Shown here: in pieces, positions 1 through 9,991 of the stretch
Position numbering within the stretch: position 1 is the first letter of the stretch
Layout of the letters: every line of letters begins with the position of its first letter
Origin: Limisphaerales bacterium
Lineage (GTDB): Bacteria; Verrucomicrobiota; Verrucomicrobiia; Limisphaerales; SIBE01
Assembly (NCBI GenBank): GCA_044225505.1
Contig: JBGAIN010000069.1
Coordinates: 1-39,348 of the forward strand
DNA: 39,348 nucleotides
Direction: 5' to 3'
Position numbers and translations under genes: made by a program
Notes under the pieces: generated by a model
What the model saw: the letters and a program-made list of their open reading frames with translations, nothing else
Database searches by the model: none
Told to the model about the DNA's origin: nothing

Positions 1-1
1 T

Positions 2-1423
2 CTGCGCCGACCGGGAAACTTTCATCGGCCGTCCCGTAACATCGGCATAAATCTGCATCACCAGCGGATTCTTTTCCGCGATGCCTCCGCAGTTGACGAT
101 TTGCTCGACTTTTACCCCGAACTCTTCGAACCGGTTAATAATGGTCAGAGCACCAAAGGCGGTTGCTTCGATGAGCGCCCGGTAAATTTCTGCCGGGGTC
201 GTGTAGAGCGTTTGGCCGAGGAGCAGTCCGGTCAAACGTTGGTCCACAAGAATAGTCCGATTGCCATTGTTCCAATCCAACGCTAACAGTCCGGATTCCC
301 CAGGAGCGAGCTTGGCGGCGCTCACGCTCAAGGCTTCGTGCGATCCAAGCTTAGGGCCTCCCGGTTGGATGTAATTGACGAACCAATTGAAAATATCGCC
401 CACGGCTGATTGTCCGGCCTCGAGCCCGTAAAACCCTGGGAGAATACTGCCGGGAACAATTCCGCAGAGTCCGGGCACATCCGCCAGCTTAGCTTTCGAG
501 GGGACGACCATCATGTCGCAAGTGCTCGTTCCGATGATCTTGACGAGCGTTCCGGCGGCGATACCACTGCCCACACCGCCGAGATGGGCGTCGAACGCGC
601 CGACAGCAACGGGAATCCCCGCGCGGAGGCCTGTCCTTTTCGCCCATTCGGCCGTTAGGCCACCGACGGCTTTGTCGATACTCTCCGCTTTTGGACGTAA
701 CCGGGTCCGGAGGTCGCCGAGCTTCGGGTCTAACTTGGCCAGGAATTCCGCATCGGGATAACCTCCCCAAGCATCGTTGTACATCGCTTTGTGGCCCGCG
801 GCGCAAATCCCGACTGTTAATTGATCCGGCGCCTCGGTGCCCGTGAGAGCGGCTGGAATCCAATCGGCGCACTCAACCCACGTAAAGGCTGCGTCAAAGA
901 CCTCTGGCGACGTTCGGAGGCAATGCAAAATCTTGCTGAAAAACCATTCGCTCGAATAGGTTCCGCCGCACTTGGCGAGATACTCGGGTCGAAGCTGCCG
1001 TGCGCGTTCCGTGATTTCCGCCGCTTCCGCCACGCCGGTGTGGTCTTTCCAGAGCCACGCCATGGCGGCAGGGTGATTGGCAAACTTCTTTTGGAAGGCC
1101 AGAGGGCGGCCTTGGCGATCGACCGGTAACGGCGTGCTTCCGGTGGTATCGACACCGATCCCGACGATTTGATCGGGGCTGAATCCTCGGACCGAGCGCT
1201 TGGCTTCGGCGATGGCTTTCTTAATCGTTACCTCCGCACCTTTGACATAATCGGCCGGGTGTTGCCGCGCCAAGTTCGGATCGCGAGCCAATATCACGCC
1301 GGCGTCGCCGTGTTCATATCCCCAAACCGCCGTGGCGATTTCCTTGCCGTTGGCGGTGTTGACAACGAGGGTTCGCACCGAATTAGTGCCATAGTCAAGT
1401 CCGATGGAGTACTGAGCGCTCAT
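2..1423 (-). CDS. araB: L-ribulokinase (FGGY family carbohydrate kinase), 3' end runs off the window
   Basis: Not in the ORF track because it has no stop codon in the window. Manual minus-strand translation from ATG 1423 gives MSAQYSIGLDYGTNSVRTLVV...DPNLARQHPADY and, near position 1, EIYRALIEATAFGALTIINRFEEFGVKVEQIVNCGGIAEKNPLVMQIYADVTGRP. These are ribulokinase signature motifs. Confidence 0.92.
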   Translation of the reverse strand, partial: MSAQYSIGLDYGTNSVRTLVVNTANGKEIATAVWGYEHGDAGVILARDPNLARQHPADYVKGAEVTIKKAIAEAKRSVRGFSPDQIVGIGVDTTGSTPLPVDRQGRPLAFQKKFANHPAAMAWLWKDHTGVAEAAEITERARQLRPEYLAKCGGTYSSEWFFSKILHCLRTSPEVFDAAFTWVECADWIPAALTGTEAPDQLTVGICAAGHKAMYNDAWGGYPDAEFLAKLDPKLGDLRTRLRPKAESIDKAVGGLTAEWAKRTGLRAGIPVAVGAFDAHLGGVGSGIAAGTLVKIIGTSTCDMMVVPSKAKLADVPGLCGIVPGSILPGFYGLEAGQSAVGDIFNWFVNYIQPGGPKLGSHEALSVSAAKLAPGESGLLALDWNNGNRTILVDQRLTGLLLGQTLYTTPAEIYRALIEATAFGALTIINRFEEFGVKVEQIVNCGGIAEKNPLVMQIYADVTGRPMKVSRSAQ

Positions 1424-1653
1424 AGTGTTTCCCCAGCATGGCAAAAAGCGCTTCTCTCGCAAAGCTAGGATTCACGGCACCGCAAAATTCCGGACGGCGC
1501 GCGCGATCGGCTCTTCATCCTTGGCAGCATCTGTGCACATCTGGACTTTCAAGGCCATTTCGAAACGCCGAGGCGGATACCTACTCGGACGGCCAAGCGT
1601 TGGCAGAAATTCCCCAAGGGCTTGCTGAGCAACTGTCTTGCAGCTAGTTGCGG

Positions 1654-1677
1654 TCCGATCAGCAATTGCTGATCGGA
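1654..1677. repeat. Perfect 24-bp palindrome TCCGATCAGCAATTGCTGATCGGA
   Basis: Identical to its own reverse complement; intergenic between the CotH gene end and the araB start. Confidence 0.85.
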
Positions 1678-1719
1678 AGGCTTGGCCTCGCTCCGCGCCA
1701 AAGACCAACGCCAACGTTA

Positions 1720-1738
1720 ACGCCCGCAGCGCGGGCGT
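1720..1738 (-). terminator. Possible terminator hairpin of the CotH-like gene
   Basis: 8-bp GC stem ACGCCCGC/GCGGGCGT with a 3-nt loop, ~22 nt past the stop at 1761; the U-tract is weak. Confidence 0.4.
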
Positions 1739-1760
1739 GGTGCAACGAGCTCCATGCCCT

Positions 1761-4700
1761 CTACTCAACGAGGAGCCGGTAATACCGTCGGGTGGACTGC
1801 CCGATGTTCGGGTCGGTAATATTGATCGTGCGCGACGCGGCCTCCGGGGGCACAACGCTGAGGGAATTCCACCCTCCTTCACTCAATGAATCCCGAAACT
1901 GAACGGTGTAGCGTGTGCCGGGCGCAGAGGTGAAGCTGAAGCGAAAGCCCGAGGACGAACTGCTTAGGGCCAGTCCGGAAAGATCGATCTGTGGAGACTT
2001 CGCCTTGTCCAGGACCGTTATTGTCACCTCGCTCGAGGCTTGGAGCATCCCGTCTGTCGCGGAAAAGCGCAGAATATAAATGCCTGCCGCTGAGAACGTC
2101 GCGGTCGTAGCTGAAACCGAGTCGTTGAGGAACGTGACGAGCCCAGAGCCGCTCACGGTCGACCAGCCCACCGTCACCTGTCCAGGCGATGCGGGCAAGC
2201 CATCGTCGGTCGCTGTTCCTTGCAATGAAGCCGATGCAGGAAGCGTGATGGTCTGATTTGGTCCGGCACTCACGACGGGCGCCGTGTTCTGTAAGACCTG
2301 CACGGTAACATCAGCGCTGCTCTGGAGAGACCCATCCGTCGCCGTCAAGCGCAGGACGTAAGTCCCGCCAAGGGAGAATGTCGCGGTCGTATTGGTCGAT
2401 CCAGGGGTCGAGAAGGTCACGACGCCTGGCCCGTTTGCCATAGACCAGCCAACAAAGATTTGTCCAGGCGTTGTTGGGAGCCCGTCGTCCGTGACTGTTC
2501 CTTGGAGTGACACCGACGCTGGAAAGAGGATGGTCTGGTTGGCACCAGCGTTCACGACGGGCGCGGCGTTTTCGCCGACGCGCACGGCTATGTCGTCCGC
2601 CGCCGACAAGGCCCCGTCATTCGCGGTGAGACGCAAGATGAAAGTGCCATTGGTGGAAAAAGCGACGGTTGTATTCAAGGCAGACGCGTCGGAGAACGTG
2701 ACGGTGCCCGGCCCACTGACCGACGACCAGCTCGTTGTGACTTTTCCTGGCGGAATGGGAAGGCCATCATCTGTCACCGAGCCTTGCAAGGTGAGCGTTG
2801 CGGGCAACGTGACCGTCTGAGCTGCCCCAGCATTGACGATCGGCGCGGCATTTTGCAGCACACGAATCGTGACTTCGCTCGCGGACTGGAGCGCACCGTC
2901 GTCCGCCGCCAAGCGAAGGAGATACGTTCCCGCCGCGGAAAAGCTCGCTGTCGTCACCGGAGTGGAGGGATTCGCAAAGGTGACGGTGCCAGGGCCCGTA
3001 ACCATCGACCACGCCGCGAGGACCTGAGCGGGTGGGTTAGGCAATCCATCGTCCGTGATGACGCCGTTTAACGCAACCGCTGCGGGCAGGATCACAAGCT
3101 GGTCAGCGAGGGCCGTCACGACCGGCGCCTTGTTCTGTACCACTTGGACGGTAACGTCGCCGCTGGTTTCTCGCGCGCTATCCGTGGCGGTCAAGCGAAG
3201 CACATAGATGCCACCGGTCGAGAATGTGGCGCTGGTGGAGGGCGTCGCTGGGCTGGAGAAAGTCACATTGCCAGGGCCGCTCACGACGCTCCAGGTTGCT
3301 GTCACTTTGGCAGGCGGGTTAGGCAACCCATCGTCGGTTACTGTCCCGCTCAGGATGGCTGTCCCGCCTAAGGGCACGGTCTGGTTCGCGCCGGGGTTGA
3401 CGACGGGGGGGGCATTGTCAAGCACACCGATCGTGACGTCGCTCGTTGTGGAAAGAGCCCCATCGGTCGCGGTCAACCGTAATACATAGGTCCCAGCGAT
3501 GGAAAAGCTGGCGCTGGAAATAGCCGAGCTAGGAGCCGTGAATGTCACAGTGCCTGGCCCGCTCGCTTTCGTCCAAGCCAACGTCAGGCGACCAGGCGCA
3601 CTAGGCAACCCGTCATCACTGGCCGTTCCGCTCAACGCGACGTTGCCTGGCAACGTGATCGTCTGATTGGGACCGGCATTGACGATGGGGGCCTGATTTA
3701 CCGGAGAGGGACTGCCTGGGATGCCTTCGCCTGCCAACTCCAGATCAAAACTCAAGTCACTGCTTGGCCGATTTGCCTGATGCACTTCCACCGCAAGCAC
3801 GTTTGCCCCTTCGACCAGGAGGGCGGGATTGGCCGGTTGGGTATAGAACGTCGCTTCGTCTTGCCCTCCAACGACGCTCAGGGCCAAGGTGAGCGAATCG
3901 ACGGTGTCCGAAGGCATGTTGTCGCGGAACACTTCCGTGCCGTTCAGATAGACGATCGCTCCGTCGTCCCGCATGAGACTAACCGTCAGGTTCTTCACGG
4001 ACGCAGCGCCAGTGACCTGGAATCGATGCCGAAAATAGGTCGTCACATACTTGCTGTTGGCGTCGGGACCAAAGCCGACGGTGGTCACCTCGGGACGGCC
4101 GTCGCTCGAATCTCCATAGCCGAGTTCCGCGGCACCGGACTTCCACGCTCCATCGTTGAAGGCAGGAGGCCGCCAACCGGTCCCTTGGTCAGAGCCATCG
4201 TCTAGGTATTTCCAAACAGAGCCTTTGGGAATAAAGGTCACGGGCACGGTGGCTTGGGCCAGCGTGATCGTGATGCTCGCCGTCGTTTCGAGGGCGCCGT
4301 CCGTCGCACGCAGCCGTAACACATAGGTTCCCAACGCCGGGAACGTGGCCGTGGTAGCGGGCAGACTGGCATTGCCAAAGACTACATTGGCGGGGCCGTT
4401 CAATTGCGTCCAACTGGCGCTCAGGGCACCGGGCGGGACGGGAAATCCGTCGTCGGTCGCAGAGCCCGAGAGATTCAGGGTGATCGGCACGTTGGTTACC
4501 AGGAGCGATTGGTCCGCGCCGGCGCTGACCAGCGGCGGGCGATTCCCGACATTGTCGACGCCCGGCGACGGGGCACCCGGACTGGCTCGCCAGTTAATGG
4601 GGTCATTGCCGTAGGCGGAGGCATTGAGACGTTCCAAGGCCGCGCCTGTGCCGCTGGCACCAGTTGGCCAGGGAGCTTGGCTGCTGTAATCCACCACGTC

Positions 4701-7700
4701 GACATCAATGTAAGGAATAAAATAGGTGCCAGTATTGGTATCGAGATCCGGCGGTCCAGGGCGTTGTAGCGACAACGTTTCGCCGTTGTCCTGAAGCACG
4801 CCTGGAACAGGTCCGTAAATCGCCACGCTCGCTGGCACCGAGTAGCGTGTACGGAAGGCACTCGGATTGCCCGCGGTGAGCAGGACGAACCCGTTGGCGG
4901 GGATCTCGGTGTTCATCGGGAAACTGAATCCCAGACCGTTCAGCCGCCACGTGTTGGTGGGAGCGGCGGGATCATACAGTTGCACAACCGCTCCGGTGAT
5001 GTTTTTCAGCTCGACGTATTCCGCGTCGCCCGCGGCAGGTTGATATTGGATCTCGTTCACGACGATCGGGCCGACGCGAGGTCCTGCGTTGGCTCCACCG
5101 AGCGAGACCGCGGTTTGCGCGGGATATTGGGCCGCGCCAGTGCTGGTGAGGTAACGGCCAAAGCTTACGCCGTTGTCCGCCGGTCCAAAAGCGAAGCCAT
5201 CGCTAAACCCGGTCAGAGAGCCGTTGGCGTCCGCGGAATAGAGGTAGATCTCCTCTCCGTGCGAGTTCAGGCGAAAGCTGTTGGGCGCGCTGGCGTTGGC
5301 ATTCCAATCATTCTCCGAGAAAACGACGTAGCCGCCGGCCGGGATCGTCGCGCGCGAATCCGATGCGGGGATGCGGAATTTGAAGGGTTCAGCCCGGGTA
5401 TCCGTGAGATACCAGTGAGCAATACTCACGGCCACTTGGTTTGGATTGTAGAGTTCGATGGAATCGAGTTGAGGTAAATCCGTATGGGTGAGCGCTTCGC
5501 TAATCCAGACGGGTAGAACGTTGGGCGCCGAATCGTCCGCACCAGGCGACCCACCCACCGTGCTGCTGGCGCGCCAATTCGAAGCGTTATTCGGATCGGG
5601 GTTCAGGTTCGGATTCAAGGAAACGAGCGAGAAACCAGTGCCATCCGCCGCCACTGGCCAAGGGGCTTGCGTATCGTAGTGCACCGAGAACAAGGGCGTT
5701 CCGGCTGCGTGCCAAAGTGTCACCGTCTCGCCGCTGTTGGCGAGTTTCCCCTGGTAAACCCCGTCCACGTGAACGCCGGGATACTTGCTGGCAAAGGCGG
5801 TCCGATCGGAAACCAGCACCACGAATTGTCCGGGCCCCACAAAACTGCCGATAGGGAAGGTAAAATCAATCCCTTCGAAATGCACACCGCTCAGCTCCCG
5901 GGCGCCGGAACCGACATTCTTTAACTCAATGAACTCAAACGCGTCGCCATCCTGGAGCACCGTGTCGGGCGGATGATACATGATCTCCGTGACGAGCACA
6001 TCCGTGTAAGTTTGCGTGACGTAAAAGGTCGCGTCGATCAGTGCGCTCCAGACGCCTGCACTCAGCGCCCGCGCCTTGATCTGGGCGCTTTGCGCAAGCG
6101 TAATTGAGCTGCTGTAAGTCAGAGCGCTGGCCGCAACCGCCCCGCCCCGGACACGTGGATCCGAGCCGTCACGCGTGTAATAAATCGTTCCCGTCGGAGC
6201 GGTCAGCGTGAGGGCAAAGCCGCTCGGCACGTTGCCGCCAAACTGGTTAAACGATGGAGCAGCAATGGAAGGAAACAAGCCTTTCGTTTTCAGCTGATTG
6301 AGCACAATCCCCGTGCGTTGCGGAATGTAGTTATTGGCGATGCGATTGATCTCCGCGAGCCATTCGCTGTTGCGGGTTAACGCGGGTTCGCGTTTGGAAT
6401 CACCCCAACGGGCGGATTCGCCCACGACCGCGCGGTCAATCTCGGTCTTGCGCGCCATAAACCGGGCCAAAGCTGAACTCGGCGAAAGGACTCCACCGTT
6501 AAAGAAATGTTTCTGCACGCGATCGGCCAGGTGCATTTTGAACTCAGTGTTTTGCCAGAGTTGTTGGAAGACATACTGTGGATTGCTCTTGAGCAGTCCG
6601 CCGCCCGAAGTGGGATCGCCTGCGGAGAACGGCCCCACGCGATTCTGATTCACGTCCAACAAGGTGTGCTCGGAATCGTGGGCCACGAATCGAAAACCGC
6701 TCAGGCCATTCGTATGACGGAACCCGAACCAATTGTTCGGCGATGAGTTGCCCAGGAAATTGGAGATGGGCGCGTCCAGGTTGCCGCCGTAGAGGATCAC
6801 GAGCATGTAGTCGATCAGGTTGTCGACATCTAACAGTACTTCGTAGGCGGGGTTGCGGGTTCCGTTCGGGTTATTCCCTTGCACCTTTTGATACGCGGCG
6901 TCGGAGGCGAACCCGTTGACGGCCGCCTGCCAAAGCCGCGTCCAGGCGTCTAACGTGCCGTCCGTCGCATAGATGTTGTAGCCGCGACCCGGATCCACTT
7001 TGACGACGTCGTAATCCTCCGGCTCGCCACCGAAGTAAGAGGCGGCGAATGAAGCCTCCGGACGCTCGTCTGAGTTGAACAGGCCCCAATACTGGCCATC
7101 GATATAAAGATGGTAGTAGTCCCCGCGCTCGCCCGGTTGGCCCATGGCGATTTGCGTGTCGCGCGAGAATTGGTCGCGAACGAAGACCCCGCGCGAATCA
7201 CCCTCAAAGCTCCACGAGTAATTCTGAAATGTCCGCAGGTCGAACCCGTTGAACTCTTCCGCGCCATTCTGCTTGGCGAACATGGGGTATTTCAGCTTCG
7301 AAGCTCCATACTCCTCGCGGAAGAAGAAACGAAAGGCGTGCTTCGGATTCCCCCCACTCCGACTATAGCCGCCGCGCACGCGCACGCCCGCGTCGATCTG
7401 GAACCCGCCCGCGCCAGTTGGGAATAGCAGTTCCACAGAGGCAGGGCGTTCCCAGGAGATGCCATCGCCTCCCGGATTCGCATAAATCCCGTTGGCCGCG
7501 TCGAACAGATTAGGCAGATCGGTCACGATGGAGAATGACGGAATGGTTTGCAGATCGCTGAGGATTGTTCCGCTATAGGCCGCGTTGTTGACCACGTTCG
7601 GGTCCATGCCGTAGTCGACCACATTGCCGCCCCAGGTCGCAGGCCAGCCAGCTGGGACCTCACCATTCGGCGATTGCCGAATGACGTCACTTAGAAAGAT

Positions 7701-9608
7701 ATAGGTTTGCGTGTCGACATCCGAGGGCTGGAAGCCAGTGGCAAATGCAGCCGCACGAAGCACCGTCGTCTTGCTGATCGCGATCGGTCCAGCATAGACA
7801 TTGCCATGGGTCGCGGTCGGGGTCGAACTGTCGGTCGTGTAGCGGATCGTCGCGCCTGGAGTTGCGGTCGTAATCGCGACCGTGAACGCATTCGTGAAGA
7901 AGCCGCGGTCGACGCTGAACTTCGTATCGGCCACAAAGGCGATGAAGCCGCTGCCGTTGGGAGCGCCAGGCGTTGCGGTCGCGAAATAGTTCGTACTCGA
8001 ATTTGTTACTTTGTACTCCACCAATTGTGGCACGATCAGGAAGTCGCTGTCGGACGCCGATTGATTCAATCCTTGAATGGCCAACACGTTGTTCCCGGTT
8101 TGAAGCGTGTTGAGGAAATCCGAAATGTTGATGTCTTCGAAGCTGAAGGCCGCCGAGTTCGGATGGGCCGCCGTCGCCGTCGAGTTCCACTGCAGCGCTG
8201 CTGGGGCGTTGCGGCGGGCGACTTCCACACCGTTCAGATAGGCGACGAACCCGTCATCATACATTAGGCGCAACGTGAGCGATTGCAGCGACGCTGGGGT
8301 CGCCACGGCAAACGGAACCCGGATGTAGGCGGTGGGGCTCACGCCGCTCATTTGGGATTGAACGCTGGTTTTGATGAACGACTGATAGCTCGTCGATCCC
8401 ACTCCTCCGCTGACCACGGGCGCTCGCACCGCCAAGCCACCGCCCGCCGTATCGCCGACCAGTCGGAAATTCGTCGGGTTCCATCCGGTGAAACTCCCTT
8501 TGGCCGCATACAATTCGACTTCCGATCCGCCCCCTCGTTCGTAAAAGACCAACCGCAACGCGTAATCTCCGGCTGCGGGAAAGTTGAAGGTCTGCAACGT
8601 ATCCCCTGGGCCACGCGGATCCGGGTAGGACATATTGAAATTACCGACCGAGAGAGTAAATCCGTCGTCACTATTGACTCCGAACGTCCAGTTACCCGCG
8701 GATGGAATGGTCACGGTTGCGGTCGCTTCCACCACGAAGTCTTCGATGTCGGATTCGATGGTGAAGCCCGGAAACGTGCGATCGTTGCCATAGTTGGCGC
8801 CGGTGCCAGTATTGTAATAATTGATGAACGGCGCGTTCTCCGTATACAGAGCGCTCTGCTGTGAGGGATTGGTGATCACCCCTTGCGCCGCGGCCAAACT
8901 GCTCACGCTGATGTTCGCCTTGAAATTGCGAACCGCAAACCCAGGCACGGCCGTCTCGTAGCCGACGCCTGCCGTTCCAGCCAGCCAACTGCTGTCGTCA
9001 AACGAAGTCTGCGTCCAGGATGTCCCGAGAGAACTGCCGTTGGGAACCAGGACTCGGACCGGAGCGTTCGCACCCACCAATGTGTTGGTCACGACATTCT
9101 GCGCGATGCCGTAAGAAATGTCCGTGTATTGCTGAGGAAAAGCCGGCGCAAATTCAGATGCCACACGGCCGTTGGGCTGCAACAACGCTAGGTATTCGCC
9201 ATCCGCACTAAGCTTCAACTTGGCTTGCAGTGGTTCTCCCAGCACTGTCCGATTAGTGCCGGTGGCAAACACGACAAGATAACCTTTGGCAGCGAGATTA
9301 GTGCTCGGAAACGACCATTTCGATTGGTGCGTCGCGTCGTCCGTCAAGGCCCAACCCGCCAGATTGACGCTGGCTCCGCTTGGATTGTAGATCTCAACCC
9401 AATCCGAGAAATTCCCGTTTGCGTCCACCAGCGCGGTCTTATTGTCCGCCATGAACTCGCTGATTATCACCTGACCGTGGGTGAAAGTGCTCAGCGACAG
9501 CGCCACGAGCGCGGCGAGCAATAAGCAATTGAATCGTGACCCAGGCTGGTTTCCTCCCTTGATCAGCCGCTCAGGCCAGGAGCCCGCAAGCGTGGTTGGT
9601 CGTGTCAT
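1761..9608 (-). CDS. Large secreted multidomain protein: lamin-tail domains, PA14-like and galactose-binding-like domains, FN3-associated/chitobiase-C domains, CotH kinase domain, 7 PKD/Ig-like repeats, C-terminal PVC-type ~75-aa domain
   Basis: The ORF is 1761..9962, but the first 118 aa look non-coding; ATG 9608 precedes a signal peptide (LLLAALVALSLSTFTHG|QV). Four LTD starts (VIISEFMADN, VLVTEIMYHP, VWISEALTH, IVVNEIQY), CotH motifs (RGGYSR, YHLYIDGQYWGLF..ER, NNW, HDSE), IRYTTDSSTP/IYYTRDGSDP, and repeated DDGLP...W..VSGPG.VTF units. Start codon uncertain. Confidence 0.88.
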   Translation of the reverse strand: MTRPTTLAGSWPERLIKGGNQPGSRFNCLLLAALVALSLSTFTHGQVIISEFMADNKTALVDANGNFSDWVEIYNPSGASVNLAGWALTDDATHQSKWSFPSTNLAAKGYLVVFATGTNRTVLGEPLQAKLKLSADGEYLALLQPNGRVASEFAPAFPQQYTDISYGIAQNVVTNTLVGANAPVRVLVPNGSSLGTSWTQTSFDDSSWLAGTAGVGYETAVPGFAVRNFKANISVSSLAAAQGVITNPSQQSALYTENAPFINYYNTGTGANYGNDRTFPGFTIESDIEDFVVEATATVTIPSAGNWTFGVNSDDGFTLSVGNFNMSYPDPRGPGDTLQTFNFPAAGDYALRLVFYERGGGSEVELYAAKGSFTGWNPTNFRLVGDTAGGGLAVRAPVVSGGVGSTSYQSFIKTSVQSQMSGVSPTAYIRVPFAVATPASLQSLTLRLMYDDGFVAYLNGVEVARRNAPAALQWNSTATAAHPNSAAFSFEDINISDFLNTLQTGNNVLAIQGLNQSASDSDFLIVPQLVEYKVTNSSTNYFATATPGAPNGSGFIAFVADTKFSVDRGFFTNAFTVAITTATPGATIRYTTDSSTPTATHGNVYAGPIAISKTTVLRAAAFATGFQPSDVDTQTYIFLSDVIRQSPNGEVPAGWPATWGGNVVDYGMDPNVVNNAAYSGTILSDLQTIPSFSIVTDLPNLFDAANGIYANPGGDGISWERPASVELLFPTGAGGFQIDAGVRVRGGYSRSGGNPKHAFRFFFREEYGASKLKYPMFAKQNGAEEFNGFDLRTFQNYSWSFEGDSRGVFVRDQFSRDTQIAMGQPGERGDYYHLYIDGQYWGLFNSDERPEASFAASYFGGEPEDYDVVKVDPGRGYNIYATDGTLDAWTRLWQAAVNGFASDAAYQKVQGNNPNGTRNPAYEVLLDVDNLIDYMLVILYGGNLDAPISNFLGNSSPNNWFGFRHTNGLSGFRFVAHDSEHTLLDVNQNRVGPFSAGDPTSGGGLLKSNPQYVFQQLWQNTEFKMHLADRVQKHFFNGGVLSPSSALARFMARKTEIDRAVVGESARWGDSKREPALTRNSEWLAEINRIANNYIPQRTGIVLNQLKTKGLFPSIAAPSFNQFGGNVPSGFALTLTAPTGTIYYTRDGSDPRVRGGAVAASALTYSSSITLAQSAQIKARALSAGVWSALIDATFYVTQTYTDVLVTEIMYHPPDTVLQDGDAFEFIELKNVGSGARELSGVHFEGIDFTFPIGSFVGPGQFVVLVSDRTAFASKYPGVHVDGVYQGKLANSGETVTLWHAAGTPLFSVHYDTQAPWPVAADGTGFSLVSLNPNLNPDPNNASNWRASSTVGGSPGADDSAPNVLPVWISEALTHTDLPQLDSIELYNPNQVAVSIAHWYLTDTRAEPFKFRIPASDSRATIPAGGYVVFSENDWNANASAPNSFRLNSHGEEIYLYSADANGSLTGFSDGFAFGPADNGVSFGRYLTSTGAAQYPAQTAVSLGGANAGPRVGPIVVNEIQYQPAAGDAEYVELKNITGAVVQLYDPAAPTNTWRLNGLGFSFPMNTEIPANGFVLLTAGNPSAFRTRYSVPASVAIYGPVPGVLQDNGETLSLQRPGPPDLDTNTGTYFIPYIDVDVVDYSSQAPWPTGASGTGAALERLNASAYGNDPINWRASPGAPSPGVDNVGNRPPLVSAGADQSLLVTNVPITLNLSGSATDDGFPVPPGALSASWTQLNGPANVVFGNASLPATTATFPALGTYVLRLRATDGALETTASITITLAQATVPVTFIPKGSVWKYLDDGSDQGTGWRPPAFNDGAWKSGAAELGYGDSSDGRPEVTTVGFGPDANSKYVTTYFRHRFQVTGAASVKNLTVSLMRDDGAIVYLNGTEVFRDNMPSDTVDSLTLALSVVGGQDEATFYTQPANPALLVEGANVLAVEVHQANRPSSDLSFDLELAGEGIPGSPSPVNQAPIVNAGPNQTITLPGNVALSGTASDDGLPSAPGRLTLAWTKASGPGTVTFTAPSSAISSASFSIAGTYVLRLTATDGALSTTSDVTIGVLDNAPPVVNPGANQTVPLGGTAILSGTVTDDGLPNPPAKVTATWSVVSGPGNVTFSSPATPSTSATFSTGGIYVLRLTATDSARETSGDVTVQVVQNKAPVVTALADQLVILPAAVALNGVITDDGLPNPPAQVLAAWSMVTGPGTVTFANPSTPVTTASFSAAGTYLLRLAADDGALQSASEVTIRVLQNAAPIVNAGAAQTVTLPATLTLQGSVTDDGLPIPPGKVTTSWSSVSGPGTVTFSDASALNTTVAFSTNGTFILRLTANDGALSAADDIAVRVGENAAPVVNAGANQTILFPASVSLQGTVTDDGLPTTPGQIFVGWSMANGPGVVTFSTPGSTNTTATFSLGGTYVLRLTATDGSLQSSADVTVQVLQNTAPVVSAGPNQTITLPASASLQGTATDDGLPASPGQVTVGWSTVSGSGLVTFLNDSVSATTATFSAAGIYILRFSATDGMLQASSEVTITVLDKAKSPQIDLSGLALSSSSSGFRFSFTSAPGTRYTVQFRDSLSEGGWNSLSVVPPEAASRTINITDPNIGQSTRRYYRLLVE
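2010..3700 (-). repeat. Six tandem ~94-aa (282-bp) PKD/Ig-like repeats within the CotH-like gene
   Basis: Units NxxPVVNAGxNQT...DDGLPxxP...WxxxSGPGxVTF...FSxxGxYxLRLxAxDG begin near 3698, 3416, 3134, 2852, 2570 and 2288; a seventh copy lies at ~4260-4545. Confidence 0.9.
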
Positions 9609-9991
9609 CGCAAATGAGTGTAAAACAATCGTGCGCAGGTCGCCCTTCCCGCCCAGAATTTGGGCCGTAATTCCACAGCGACTACTTGAAAAACGGAATG
9701 GGAGCAAAAACCGGGCCGTTCTAGCGCAAGTGAAAGCCAACGCGATCAATCCGACCTTGAGATGCGCTGCAGACCAACTTAATGTCTGCGACACCTGGGG
9801 CGGGGGGACCGGGCCATTGCAGGTCGGCCTGGTACGCGACCCACTCGTGCACGGGTGGACTGACTTCATGCGCAACGAGAGGTTCAACTCAGGCCAACTC
9901 AGACTGATGTAAACTCTTGCGGAAGGTGTGTTTTCTCTTGACTGGCGCACTCGGACTTGCATGCTCCCGATAGGCGAAACACCAGTTCCCT

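Noticed and set aside
101..1468. Short ORFs listed over the first 1.4 kb
   Set aside because: They are shadows of the araB reading frame, which the ORF track omitted because it lacks a stop codon in the window.
9609..9962. 118-aa N-terminal extension of the CotH-like ORF
   Set aside because: It has no protein-like features, the signal peptide lies further downstream, and the region is needed for the divergent promoters.
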